Shown here piece after piece: positions 17,749 through 27,074 of a stretch of DNA of 64,000 nt. Position numbers and translations under genes: made by a program. The notes under the pieces are model-generated. The model searched no databases. It was not told the origin of the DNA and was given only the letters and a program-made list of their open reading frames with translations. Source of the DNA: an uncultured Syntrophobacterales bacterium (lineage in GTDB: Bacteria; Desulfobacterota; Syntrophia; Syntrophales; UBA5619); contig CAIYSL010000018.1 of the NCBI GenBank assembly GCA_903928915.1, positions 90,075 through 154,074 on the forward strand, in the 5' to 3' direction. Position 1 is the stretch's first letter, and every line of letters starts with the position of its first letter.

Positions 17749-17750
17749 GA

Positions 17751-18839
17751 TCAATAGACCCTGCCGAATTCGATCGGCTTCCTGTCCAGGTCCTCGACGA
17801 ACTTGACGAGCAAGCGGATTGCATGGGTTACGTCGTTCAGATGCCCCAGCTCCGCGGCGCTGTGCGAATACCGGCGGGGGATGCAGAGCGAACCGCCGGG
17901 GATGCCGCCGGCCGTGAGATGCGCGCCGGCGGAATCGAGATAGGTGCTCGCGAGCACATCGACCTGGAAGGGGATCCCGATCTCCTCGGCCGCCGCCAAG
18001 AGCCGCTCTTTGATGGCCGGGTGGGTGACCATGCCCATCTTTGTCGCGGGGTGCCAGTCGAACAGCCGGATGACCGGCCCCCGATTGATATCGGTGTCCC
18101 CGGGCGCGGTTTTATCCGGATTCTTTGTCGGGACGGTATCCAGGGTGATGGTCATCCGCGGCCGGGTATCGAAGGCCACCACCTGGGCCCCCTTGGCGCC
18201 GATCTCCTCCTGGCAGGTGAACATGCCGTACAGGGTGGTACCTTGCAGGCGCGGGCCGAGCGCCTTTATGGCCTCGATCAGGACTGCGCAGCCCACGCGG
18301 TTGTCCAGGGCCTTTCCGATGATTGCCCCGCTGGCCTGGCAGTGGAATTTCGTGGCAAACACGATCCCCGAACCGATGCGGATTCCCCGCTTTTCCACTT
18401 CCGCGAACGAACCGGCGCCGATGTCGATCCAGAGATTCCGGTGCGATATCCGTTCCTGCGCTTCTTCCCCGGTCTGCAGGTGGCGGCTCAGATGGCCGAT
18501 CACGCCGCGGATCAACTGCCCCTCCCGGCCGAGCAGATCGACTTCGCAGTTCAGCAGGGAGCGGCTATCGATATTTCCCATGAGTTCGAACCCGATCAGC
18601 CCGCGCTCCGAGATCCTGCTGACGATGAACCCAACCTCGTCCATGTGGGCCAGGACCCCCAGGCGGTAGCCGTCCTCAGCCCCGGCTTCGGCGATCAGGT
18701 TGCCCAGCGGGTCTTCCCGGAGGCGCCGGCAGAAGGGTTTCACCTCCCGGGCGATGAAATTCCGGACCGCCTGCTCCTGGCCCGGGGGACCCGGGAGTTC
18801 ACAGAGTTCCTGCACAAGCTGAGCGATATCGCGGGACAT
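17751..18839 (-). CDS. M42 family metallopeptidase (FrvX / glutamyl aminopeptidase-like)
   Basis: LCELPGPPGQEQAVRNFI...GVLAHMDEVGFIV...KALDNRVGCAVL...FTCQEEIGAKGA. Confidence 0.85.
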   Translation of the reverse strand: MSRDIAQLVQELCELPGPPGQEQAVRNFIAREVKPFCRRLREDPLGNLIAEAGAEDGYRLGVLAHMDEVGFIVSRISERGLIGFELMGNIDSRSLLNCEVDLLGREGQLIRGVIGHLSRHLQTGEEAQERISHRNLWIDIGAGSFAEVEKRGIRIGSGIVFATKFHCQASGAIIGKALDNRVGCAVLIEAIKALGPRLQGTTLYGMFTCQEEIGAKGAQVVAFDTRPRMTITLDTVPTKNPDKTAPGDTDINRGPVIRLFDWHPATKMGMVTHPAIKERLLAAAEEIGIPFQVDVLASTYLDSAGAHLTAGGIPGGSLCIPRRYSHSAAELGHLNDVTHAIRLLVKFVEDLDRKPIEFGRVY

Positions 18840-18865
18840 CCTTCACCCTCCTCTCTGCGCCCTGC

Positions 18866-19909
18866 CTACCCGTCCACCGGCTCGACCTGGACGGACCTGC
18901 CGGTGGACGCGGCGGCGATGATCGCCGAGGTGACCTGGACGATGCGGACGCCATCCTCGCCGGAGGCGTCAAACTCCTCCTCCTTCCGCACCGCGGCGTT
19001 GAACGCTTCCACCTGCCGCCGGTACAGGGTCAACAGGTTCCTTTCGTACGGCTCTTCGAGGTTTACGGTCGAGCTGGCCACCTCCAGTCGCCCGCCGAAG
19101 GCCTCCCGCACGGTGTCGCGGAGGGCAATCCTGCCGTCGGTCCCGTACAGCATGGCGTCGTTTTCGGAATCGGGCACCCGGCGTCCGCAGCAGGCGGTGC
19201 CGAGAGCGCCGTTTTGGAAACGCAACAGGATCGCGGCGATGTCGTCGAGCGGCCGGCTCGCCCTTTGCCCGTTGGTCAGCGCGGCAACCTCGACGATCGG
19301 ATCATCCAGAAGAAACTGGAGCAGGTCGACGATGTGGACCCCCATGCCCATAATGCTGTAGGACCCGCCGATCATCTCCGGGCTCTCCCACCATGCGGAC
19401 AGGTCGGGCCGCCTGGGCAGCTCGGCCATTCCCCGGGGATCCGGGTAGAAGAACTGCCCCTGGACCAGGGTCGTGCGGCCGAGGATCCCGGCCCGGATCA
19501 GCTCCCGGGCCTTCCGGTGCCCCGGGTGGTGGCGCAACTGGAACCCCACCCCCAAGGTGACGCCGTTTTGTCGGCAGACATTCACCATCTCCCGGGCCTC
19601 GTTCACGTTCAGGGCCATCGGCTTCTCCACCAGAACGTGCTTTCCCGCTCCGGCGGCCAGTTTGGTGTGGGCGGCATGGAGGAAATTCGGCGAGGAGATG
19701 TAGACCGCTTCGATCCTGCGGTCGGCCAGGAGGTCCGGCAGCGAATCATAGGCCGCCGGGATGCCGTGCCTGCGGGCAAAGGCCTCTGCCCGCTCCCGAT
19801 CGCGGCTGAATGCCGCGATCACTGCGGTGTCCGCGGCAGATTTCATCGCGGGCACGATCTTCGCATCCGTATGCCGGCCGATCCCGATTATGCCCCAGCC
19901 GATGGCCAT
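18866..19909 (-). CDS. Gfo/Idh/MocA family oxidoreductase
   Basis: Internal ATG 19909. MAIGWGIIGIGRHTDAKIVPAM...HVLVEKPMALN. The 91 upstream codons of the track ORF are low-complexity. Confidence 0.85.
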   Translation of the reverse strand: MAIGWGIIGIGRHTDAKIVPAMKSAADTAVIAAFSRDRERAEAFARRHGIPAAYDSLPDLLADRRIEAVYISSPNFLHAAHTKLAAGAGKHVLVEKPMALNVNEAREMVNVCRQNGVTLGVGFQLRHHPGHRKARELIRAGILGRTTLVQGQFFYPDPRGMAELPRRPDLSAWWESPEMIGGSYSIMGMGVHIVDLLQFLLDDPIVEVAALTNGQRASRPLDDIAAILLRFQNGALGTACCGRRVPDSENDAMLYGTDGRIALRDTVREAFGGRLEVASSTVNLEEPYERNLLTLYRRQVEAFNAAVRKEEEFDASGEDGVRIVQVTSAIIAAASTGRSVQVEPVDG

Positions 19910-20339
19910 CGCCCGGTCTCCTCTCGCTGTCCCGTTCGCCGCCGAGTCTGCCGGCGGATCATCACCCCCTGCGCCACTCGCCCGTTCAGGCGAATCCCCG
20001 CTCTCGTCGGGTACCGGCGCCGGAATCCAGACGTTGTCCCGGTGCGCCACCCGGCGAAGGCCGGGGCGGGAGCCGGACTGCCCGGCACGCGATAGGGGGC
20101 CGGGATGGCGCATCTCCCGGCTGACCACCGCAACAACGATCCGCGGCGGATGATATGAACAGGTCGCCCGGGATGTCAACAAAAAAGGCAGCTGTATCAG
20201 TGACTCAGGTTGGCGGGGAGCTGCCGTGCGCGGCGTGAATCCGCGCGATCCTTCTCATCAAGCCCCGGCAACTCTTGAAGCGATCCCCCGTGACGCCGAA
20301 CGCGTGCCCCGTTACCCTCACGAATGACCGGGAATTTCC

Positions 20340-20369
20340 TTGACATACCAACCCCCCGCCTCCTATAGT
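20340..20369 (+). promoter_or_regulatory. Sigma70-type promoter candidate
   Basis: TTGACA (20340-20345), 18-nt spacer, TATAGT (20364-20369). Lies 75 nt upstream of ATG 20445. Confidence 0.5.
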
Positions 20370-20444
20370 CGGCGCACAGCAGAGGCACGTCTTTACCCGT
20401 TCGGCGTCGAGTAACGGTGGCCGGAAGAAGCAGGGGAGGATAGC

Positions 20445-21212
20445 ATGAGCGCCTGTATACCCAGAACCGTGATCGGACTTCTTGCGGTGGCAATCCTTTG
20501 CCTCACCGGCTGCGGTGATTCTTCTGCCCCGCCGGCGACAACGATCACGGCAGACACGGCGATGTTCATCGGGAAGAGTTTTATCGTCGCTGATGAAGTC
20601 ATGACCTTTAACCTCGACGGCTCGTTGACGGTCGCGGGCACGAATCCGACCAATCAAACGTGGACGATAAATCCAACCGGTCAATTGATAATCTACAACA
20701 CGAACAAGGGCACTGCGCTATTCACCTTCACCGCAGGTGATGCCCGTACGGGGTTTACGGGAACGAGAGAATATTCAAACGGTGCGTCCGGTACGGTTAC
20801 GTTCGTCCCCGTGCCCGGCAATTTGCCGGGTCTCAGTTTCGTCAGGGCAATAAACATCACGGTCGTCAATTCGAGTAGTACCTTGCACACGTTAGTGTAC
20901 GCCACACTTACCGGTGGCGAGTGGGCAACGTACCCTGCCCCCGGTACTTCGCTCGGGGCGGGTCAAATGCTCGGACTGAACAATGGCGCCGACCGTCCGT
21001 TTGAATCTCTCGGCGGTTCGATCAGCCTGTCTCCCGCATCGGGAGGACAGATCGTCATCAATTGGAGTTGGCCGTACGGCTCCGCGGTCAGTGCCGGTGT
21101 CAATACCATGTCGTTGACCGGTCTTGCGGTGAGCTATCAGATGATCAACCAGCAAACAACGAACCCTACTCTCCAAGTGATGATCACTACCTCTTCTCCT
21201 TTCAGGGAATGA
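20445..21212 (+). CDS. Lipoprotein. The C-terminal half is possibly an aegerolysin-like beta-sandwich
   Basis: Lipobox ILCLTGC. C-terminal INITVVNSSSTLHTLVYATLTGGEWA...SLGGSISLSPASGGQIVINWSWPYGS resembles the aegerolysin pattern (V.N....L.....L..GKW ... G.F.L.....I....W.CPWGS), recalled from memory. The gene is visibly AT-richer than its neighbours. Confidence 0.6.
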   Translation: MSACIPRTVIGLLAVAILCLTGCGDSSAPPATTITADTAMFIGKSFIVADEVMTFNLDGSLTVAGTNPTNQTWTINPTGQLIIYNTNKGTALFTFTAGDARTGFTGTREYSNGASGTVTFVPVPGNLPGLSFVRAINITVVNSSSTLHTLVYATLTGGEWATYPAPGTSLGAGQMLGLNNGADRPFESLGGSISLSPASGGQIVINWSWPYGSAVSAGVNTMSLTGLAVSYQMINQQTTNPTLQVMITTSSPFRE

Positions 21213-21375
21213 AACGGATACCGCGTCCGGGCCAGGGACCGCCCGAGCGCTCCGCGGTGCCGAGTTCGCACCAGATCGTGTACGCCCGCAACAGTCGGCG
21301 GAGCATCGCCGACTGCCGGTGCGCGCAGGGGATCAAGAATCGCTGAGCCTGGATGCCGGAGCGGGCAAAATCTTC

Positions 21376-21404
21376 TTGACATGCCGGTCCGGCCTTCGTA
21401 GCAT
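21376..21404 (+). promoter_or_regulatory. Sigma70-type promoter candidate
   Basis: AAAATCTTC-TTGACA (21376-21381), 17-nt spacer, TAGCAT (21399-21404). Lies upstream of the nitroreductase gene. Confidence 0.45.
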
Positions 21405-21513
21405 ACCTCTCCGTTGCAGCGGGGCCTGGCCGGTCCCGGTGCGAGGCACATCCCGTCACCCGCGAGTACATGCTCGCCGTGTTTGGTCAATCGAGGCAAG
21501 GAGGATACGCACA

Positions 21514-22065
21514 ATGGAACTGTACCAGGCTATCGAAAAACGCAGGACGATCCGGAAATTCAAAGGCGCCGCCACGGAGGCGCAGTTGAAGAGGATCATC
21601 GCCGCCGGCACCCAGGCGCCCTCGGGCATGAACAAGCAGAACTGGGAATTCGTCCTGGTCGACGACCCGGCGACCATCGAAGCGATCGGCCAGATCAAGT
21701 ACGTGATGAACCGGGGCAAGGCGGCGGGTGAAGAGGTGCCTGAGGCGCAGGAGAAGGGGGCGCTCAGGCAGAAGGACTCCTTCAAGAACGCCACGCTCCT
21801 GGTCGTGTACTGCAACAAGGAGCTCGCCGATTCGGTCGGCCCCTGGCTGTGCATCGAAAACATCTCCCTCGCTGCGGTCGCCGAGGGGCTGGGATCGCGG
21901 ATCGCCCGGCTGGGCGGCGATGCGGCGGCCCAGGTGAACAAGCTGCTGAACGCACCCGCGGCGATGGAGCTGGTGGCTGCCCTCTCCATCGGCATCCCCG
22001 ACGAAGATGCCGCACCGCGCACCCTGCGGCCCGAAGGAAGCTGGCTGCACCAAAACCGGTTCTAG
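21514..22065 (+). CDS. Nitroreductase family protein
   Basis: ATG 21514 after AAGGAGGA. MELYQAIEKRRTIRKFKG...APSGMNKQNWEFVLV. Confidence 0.85.
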   Translation: MELYQAIEKRRTIRKFKGAATEAQLKRIIAAGTQAPSGMNKQNWEFVLVDDPATIEAIGQIKYVMNRGKAAGEEVPEAQEKGALRQKDSFKNATLLVVYCNKELADSVGPWLCIENISLAAVAEGLGSRIARLGGDAAAQVNKLLNAPAAMELVAALSIGIPDEDAAPRTLRPEGSWLHQNRF

Positions 22066-22172
22066 GGTTTTCCCGCCCCCGCCGGGCGGCTTCCCGGCCG
22101 GCGGGGGCGACTGCTGCGGGCGCGGCAACGCGGACGAGCCGTTGCGACGCCTCTGCGGCGAAAGGAGCAGGG

Positions 22173-22538
22173 ATGAAGGTATTCAAGGTCGGCGATTTTC
22201 TGCGGATGCAAAACCCCACCCCCGGCACGACCTACCGCCAGGACACCCTCACCGGGGAGATCGGCGCCAAGGAGCTGGGGGGCCTCTTCGGAATCATGGT
22301 CGCGGGGGCGCAGGGCGAGTACCACTACCACAACCAGCGCGAATCACTGCTGTTCATCATCTCCGGCGCGGCCACGGAACTGGTCGACGGGGTGGAACAC
22401 CCGATCACAGCCGGCGATATCCTCTTCATCCGGCCGGGGGAGAAGCACACCATCGTGAACAGAACGGACCAGGACCTCCGGTTTCTCGAGTTCTTCACCC
22501 ATCCTCCGGTGGCCGCGGACAAGATCGCGGTGACCTAG
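22173..22538 (+). CDS. Cupin domain protein
   Basis: ATG 22173 after AAAGGAG. GEYHYHNQRESLLFIISG...GDILFIRPGEKHTIVN carries the two cupin motifs. Confidence 0.75.
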   Translation: MKVFKVGDFLRMQNPTPGTTYRQDTLTGEIGAKELGGLFGIMVAGAQGEYHYHNQRESLLFIISGAATELVDGVEHPITAGDILFIRPGEKHTIVNRTDQDLRFLEFFTHPPVAADKIAVT

Positions 22539-22803
22539 CACCGGGGCGGTGCAGGCGGCTGCGGGCAAACGGGCGTTGCCGTCGGCCCCTCCCATGGTCG
22601 CTCTTTCCCGCAGCCCGCAAAAGAGCGTCGCCGGGCAACGAAAAGACCCCTGGACCGGCATCCGGGGCTGCGGGCGACCCAACAGTCGGGCTGAAAACCA
22701 TCCGGTCTTTTGAAAGAATAATCATTGGTTCGCCGATTCTCCACGGCCCGGTGGCAACTGTACCCGGGATCGTCTCTGTGCTCCTGCGTCTGTTAATAAT
22801 GTG

Positions 22804-22832
22804 TTGACAGGCTGCTATCAGAGTGCTAGAAG
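22804..22832 (+). promoter_or_regulatory. Weak sigma70-type promoter candidate for the GntR gene
   Basis: TTGACA (22804-22809), 17-nt spacer, TAGAAG (22827-22832). Confidence 0.35.
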
Positions 22833-22868
22833 CATGGCAAGCGTAGCGTTCATCCCACAACGTCAGGT

Positions 22869-23516
22869 GTGACTATGCTTCCCGCTGAAGCCCATCGCGT
22901 CTTCGAAGAAATCAAGGGTGACATCATAAACGGCACCTATTGCCAGGGTGAACCGCTGGCGGAAATCCCGCTGTCGAAAAAATTCGGGGTCAACCGGGCA
23001 CGCATCCACCAGGTGCTCGCCGAGCTGGAGAAGATGGCGCTCGTGGAGAAGGTCCCCGCAAAGGGCGCCTTCGTCAAGGTGATCACCTCGAAGGACCTCC
23101 AGGAGATCTTCGAATTGAAGGAGGCGATCGACGGGATGGCGACGCGGCTGGCGGCGCGCAGAAGGCACGACGGCGAGCTTGCCCGGATGATCGCCCTGTT
23201 TGAAGAGGCCAGACGATCCTTCAGTGAAACCGATTTCGAGCGGAAGATCCAGATCGGCTACCAGCTCCACCAATTCATCCTGAAGAGCTGCGACAACGCC
23301 CGGATCGTCAATACGATCAAGCCGCTGGAGTTTCAGATCATGCGGATCTGGAAGACGGGCATCCACTTCCCCGAGCGAATCAACAAGGCCTTCACCGAGC
23401 ACATCGATATCTTGATGGCGATCAAGGAGAAAGACGAGGAGCGGGCGGAATCGCGGATGAAGTTCCATATGTCGAGCGCCTTCAAGGATTACATATCGCT
23501 CCTGACCAGGCGTTAG
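22869..23516 (+). CDS. GntR family transcriptional regulator (FadR/FCD subfamily)
   Basis: Winged-helix region LSKKFGVNRARIHQVLAELEKMALVEKVPAKGAFV plus a C-terminal all-helical FCD-like domain. The start is GTG 22869 or ATG 22875. Confidence 0.85.
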   Translation: MTMLPAEAHRVFEEIKGDIINGTYCQGEPLAEIPLSKKFGVNRARIHQVLAELEKMALVEKVPAKGAFVKVITSKDLQEIFELKEAIDGMATRLAARRRHDGELARMIALFEEARRSFSETDFERKIQIGYQLHQFILKSCDNARIVNTIKPLEFQIMRIWKTGIHFPERINKAFTEHIDILMAIKEKDEERAESRMKFHMSSAFKDYISLLTRR

Positions 23517-23607
23517 GAAGCGGGCCGGCCCGAGGGCCGGCGAGGCAACGAGGGGCTGTTATGCCGGGCCCGCAAGAAGACAACTACGGTCACAGAAAGG
23601 ACAGGCA

Positions 23608-24822
23608 ATGGATCAAGGACGAGGATTAATCGGGGTTGATTGGGAAGAACGGGTCAATTTCGACCGCATGCGGAAGGACCGGATCGCCAAGGTGCGTAAG
23701 GCGGTCAAGGATTCGGGAGTCGACCTCCTGCTCTGCTTCCGGCTGGAGAACATCCGGTATTCCATGGCGCTTCGGACCCACGACTGGCCCCAGGCCCATT
23801 TCGGGATGGCGGCCCTGGCGGTCACCTCGCGCAGCCAGGAGTACCTGTACACCCTGGATTACTACCACGTGAAGGCGCGTTGCCCCTGGCTGTGGAGCTC
23901 CCTGGCTGAAGACAAGAAGGGGCTGCCCGTGACGTCGCGGGGGCTGGAGACGGAGACGGGCTCCATGGTCTGGGCGAAAGAGGTGCTGGAGCGCTGCAAG
24001 AAGCTGGACATCAAGGTGAAGCGGGTGGCCGTGGACATGTACTCCCCGGGGCTCGCCTGGGCCCTGCCGAAGGTCTTCACCGAGGCGGAGTTCGTCAACG
24101 GCCAGGACGTGATGATCAAGGCCCGGTCGATCAAGACCCCCGACGAGATCCTCTGCCTCAAGATCGCCTACGACATGACCATGTCGGGGATGTACGAGGC
24201 CCGGGAATTCCTCCGGCCCGGGGTGAAGGAGTGCGAGGTGCTGTCCGTAGCCTTCAAGCGGTTCTACGACCTGGGCGGCGAATGGACCCAGTGCGCCAAC
24301 ATCGTCTGTTCGGGCCCCTACACCGCCCCCTACCGGCGGTTTACCTCGGACAGGATCATCGCCGACGGCGACCCGGTGATCATCGACATCGGCAGCCGGT
24401 TCAACGGCTACTGGGGCGACTACACCCGGACGTGGATCTGCGGCGACAAGGCCCCGTCGAAGGAATTGATCAAGCTGCACCAGCGGGCCTACGAGGGGCT
24501 GAAACGGGCGCAGAAGGCGATCAAGCCGGGCGCCACCACCGAAGAGGTGGCGCTGGCCTGCGGAGAGGAGCAGATCCTGAACAGGAGCCTCGGCCACGGG
24601 ATCGGCGTGGGCGCCAACGACGTGCCGTTCATCGGCATCTACCCCGGCGTCACCGGCAAGGACGCCCGCAGGCTCGAGGTGGGGATGGTCTTTTCGATCG
24701 AACCCTACTGCGGCAAGCCCGGGGTCGGCGGGATCCGGCTGGAGGACAACTTCGTCGTAACCGAAGACGGGTGTGAATGCATCAGCGAAGGGACCCCCTT
24801 TGAGCCGCGACTGATGAAGTAG
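23608..24822 (+). CDS. M24 family metallohydrolase (creatinase / Xaa-Pro peptidase fold)
   Basis: N-terminal creatinase_N-like region plus pita-bread domain. GDPVIIDIGSRFNGYWGDYTRTW...HGIGV...GMVFSIEP...GGIRLEDNFVVTEDG. Confidence 0.85.
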   Translation: MDQGRGLIGVDWEERVNFDRMRKDRIAKVRKAVKDSGVDLLLCFRLENIRYSMALRTHDWPQAHFGMAALAVTSRSQEYLYTLDYYHVKARCPWLWSSLAEDKKGLPVTSRGLETETGSMVWAKEVLERCKKLDIKVKRVAVDMYSPGLAWALPKVFTEAEFVNGQDVMIKARSIKTPDEILCLKIAYDMTMSGMYEAREFLRPGVKECEVLSVAFKRFYDLGGEWTQCANIVCSGPYTAPYRRFTSDRIIADGDPVIIDIGSRFNGYWGDYTRTWICGDKAPSKELIKLHQRAYEGLKRAQKAIKPGATTEEVALACGEEQILNRSLGHGIGVGANDVPFIGIYPGVTGKDARRLEVGMVFSIEPYCGKPGVGGIRLEDNFVVTEDGCECISEGTPFEPRLMK

Positions 24823-24830
24823 CGGCTCAG

Positions 24831-24868
24831 GCAGCTCTCCGCAGGACTCCTGCGGAGAGCTGCATTTC
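24831..24868 (+). terminator. Stem-loop terminator candidate
   Basis: gcagctctccgcag / ctgcggagagctgc 14-bp stem (24831-24863) followed by ATTT. Lies 9 nt after the M24 stop codon. Confidence 0.45.
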
Positions 24869-24995
24869 GCCATAACGATCACTGCCGGCTCTGCACGCAA
24901 CGGGATCGGCGCAGACCGCAAATCTCGAAAACGCCGGCCGGATCGGATTTCCCGGGTGTCCGGCGACCGCACAGGGACACGCGTGAGGAGGGCGC

Positions 24996-25967
24996 ATGCT
25001 CAAGGTAAAGTCCACCTCCCTCGATTTCGGCAAGCTGGATCGCGCCCCGCTCGATCTGCTCGCGGCCAACGGGTGCGAGTTCGAATCGGTGCCGGTCGAT
25101 GCCAATTCGGAGGAGCAGGCAATCGCGGTGGTGAAGGACGCCGATGTCCTGGTGGTGGGGCTGCAGCGGATCACCGCGCCGGTGCTGGCCGCCGCCGGCC
25201 GGCTGAAGGTGATCGGCAGGTGCGGGGCCGGGCTCGACAACATCGACCTCAAGGCCGCCGGGGAGCGGGGGATCCCGGTGGTGTACACGCCGGGCGCCAA
25301 TGCCCAGGCCGTGGCGGACCTGACGCTGGGGCTGATGCTTGCCCTTTGCCGCAAGATCACCCAGGCCGACCGGATGACCCGCGAGAACCAGTGGAAGCGG
25401 ATCATGGGCAACGACCTGTGGAGCAAGACCCTCGGCATCTGCGGGCTGGGTCAGATCGGTGCCAACGTGGCCCGGCGGGCCAAGGGGTTCGATATGGAGG
25501 TCGTCGCCTACGACGTCGTCCAGAACGTCGCGCTGGCCCGCGAACTGGGTATTCAGTTCGTGAGCAAGGCCGACATCCTCGCCCGGGCGGATTTTCTCAC
25601 CCTCCATCTGCCGCTGACCCCCGAGACGCAGGGATTCATCGCCGACGGGGAACTCAAGGCCATGAAGAAGACCGCCTTCCTGGTCAACACCTCCCGCGGA
25701 GGGATTGTCGACGAGGCCGCCCTGCATCGTGCCCTGCGGGAGGGCGAGATCGCCGGCGCGGCCCTCGACGTGTTCGAACCGGAGCCACCGGGAAAAACCC
25801 CGCTCGTGGAGCTGGACAATTTCATCGGCTCCCCCCACGTCGGCGGGATAACCGTCGAGGCGCTCGGGCGGATCGGAATGACGGTCGCCCGGGATGTGGT
25901 CGCGGTGCTGAAGGGACAGGCGCCCGAGTTCCTGGCGAACGGGCAGTGGCTGGTCTCGAAGAAGTGA
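24996..25967 (+). CDS. D-isomer-specific 2-hydroxyacid dehydrogenase (phosphoglycerate dehydrogenase-like)
   Basis: GRCGAGLDNIDL..., NAD motif GICGLGQIGANVARRAKGFDMEVVAYD, NTSRGGIVDE, SPHVGG. Confidence 0.9.
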   Translation: MLKVKSTSLDFGKLDRAPLDLLAANGCEFESVPVDANSEEQAIAVVKDADVLVVGLQRITAPVLAAAGRLKVIGRCGAGLDNIDLKAAGERGIPVVYTPGANAQAVADLTLGLMLALCRKITQADRMTRENQWKRIMGNDLWSKTLGICGLGQIGANVARRAKGFDMEVVAYDVVQNVALARELGIQFVSKADILARADFLTLHLPLTPETQGFIADGELKAMKKTAFLVNTSRGGIVDEAALHRALREGEIAGAALDVFEPEPPGKTPLVELDNFIGSPHVGGITVEALGRIGMTVARDVVAVLKGQAPEFLANGQWLVSKK

Positions 25968-26043
25968 GGCGCCGGCAGGGCGCCCTGTTGCCGCGGCAGA
26001 GGGAGTTTCTTTCAACCGGTCGCTCGTCAGGCGGAGGTGACGC

Positions 26044-26949
26044 ATGCAGGCACTAGATCCGAAATCGACACCGATAGGGATTGTGGGGCTCGGGTTCATG
26101 GGGTCGGCAATTTCCGCCCATATCGTGGCGGCGGGATATGACCTGAGCGGGTTCGACATCGACCGGCAGCGCCTCGAGATCCTTCTCGCCAAGGGCGGCA
26201 GGGCCGCCTCGTCCGCGCGGGAGGTTGCCGAGCAGGCGGCGGTCGTGCTGACGTCGCTCCCCAGCCTGGCCGCCTTCGAGGACGTGATCCGGGGGCCCGC
26301 GGGGATCCTCTCCTCCCGGCGGGAGGGGCTGATCGTGATGGAGTGCAGCACCCTCGCCGTGGAGGACAAGAAGCGCGCCCACGACGATCTCGCCGCTGCC
26401 GGGATGTCGATGCTCGACTGCCCGATCAGCGGCGGGATCCGGGCGAGCGAGAAGGACCTCGTCCTGTACGGCAGCGGCGAGCAGGCAACCTATGACCGGT
26501 GCCTTCCCCTGATCGAGAGCTTCTCCCGGGCGAACTACTACCTCGGCGAATTCGGCAACGGGATGAAGATGAAGGTCCTGGCCAACCTGCTGGTGGCCGT
26601 CCACAACGTCTCCGCGGCGGAGGTGATGGTGCTGGGGATGAAGGCCGGCCTGGATGCGGAGCTGATCTATCAGGTGATGAACAACTCCTCCGGCCGTTCG
26701 CGTATGCTCGAAGTCCGCGGGCTGCGCATGGTCAAGGACGATTACGACAACCCCACCATGAAGGTGAAGATCTTCCAGAAGGACCTGAAGATCATCGAAA
26801 GTTTCGCCGCGAGCCTGAATTGCCCTACCCCGCTGTTTACGAGCACCAATCAGGTCTATCTCAGCGCCCTGGCCATGGGGCTCGGCGACAAGGATACCGC
26901 GTCGGTGTGCGCCGTTTTGGAGCAGTGGGCGCAGCTGAAGCGGAAGTAG
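26044..26949 (+). CDS. NAD(P)-dependent beta-hydroxyacid dehydrogenase (3-hydroxyisobutyrate dehydrogenase family)
   Basis: IGIVGLGFMGSAISAHI..., LDCPISGG..., LGEFGNGMKMKVLANLL. ATG 26044 follows GGAGGTGA. Confidence 0.85.
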   Translation: MQALDPKSTPIGIVGLGFMGSAISAHIVAAGYDLSGFDIDRQRLEILLAKGGRAASSAREVAEQAAVVLTSLPSLAAFEDVIRGPAGILSSRREGLIVMECSTLAVEDKKRAHDDLAAAGMSMLDCPISGGIRASEKDLVLYGSGEQATYDRCLPLIESFSRANYYLGEFGNGMKMKVLANLLVAVHNVSAAEVMVLGMKAGLDAELIYQVMNNSSGRSRMLEVRGLRMVKDDYDNPTMKVKIFQKDLKIIESFAASLNCPTPLFTSTNQVYLSALAMGLGDKDTASVCAVLEQWAQLKRK

Positions 26950-27074
26950 CTGCGCTTCGCGCAGGGCAGAGCTGCCCAGAATGCCGCACCGGCGAGGGAG
27001 CTTGGCAAACATCCGTCGCTGCGGTCAACGCGGGAACCACCCGGGAAAAGGCTACAACACCAAAGGAGGAACCA

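Noticed and set aside
23608-24822. Assigning the M24 protein a specific activity (creatinase, prolidase, DMSP lyase DddP, ectoine hydrolase)
   Set aside because: The pita-bread fold motifs are generic. I cannot discriminate subfamilies without alignment to reference sequences.
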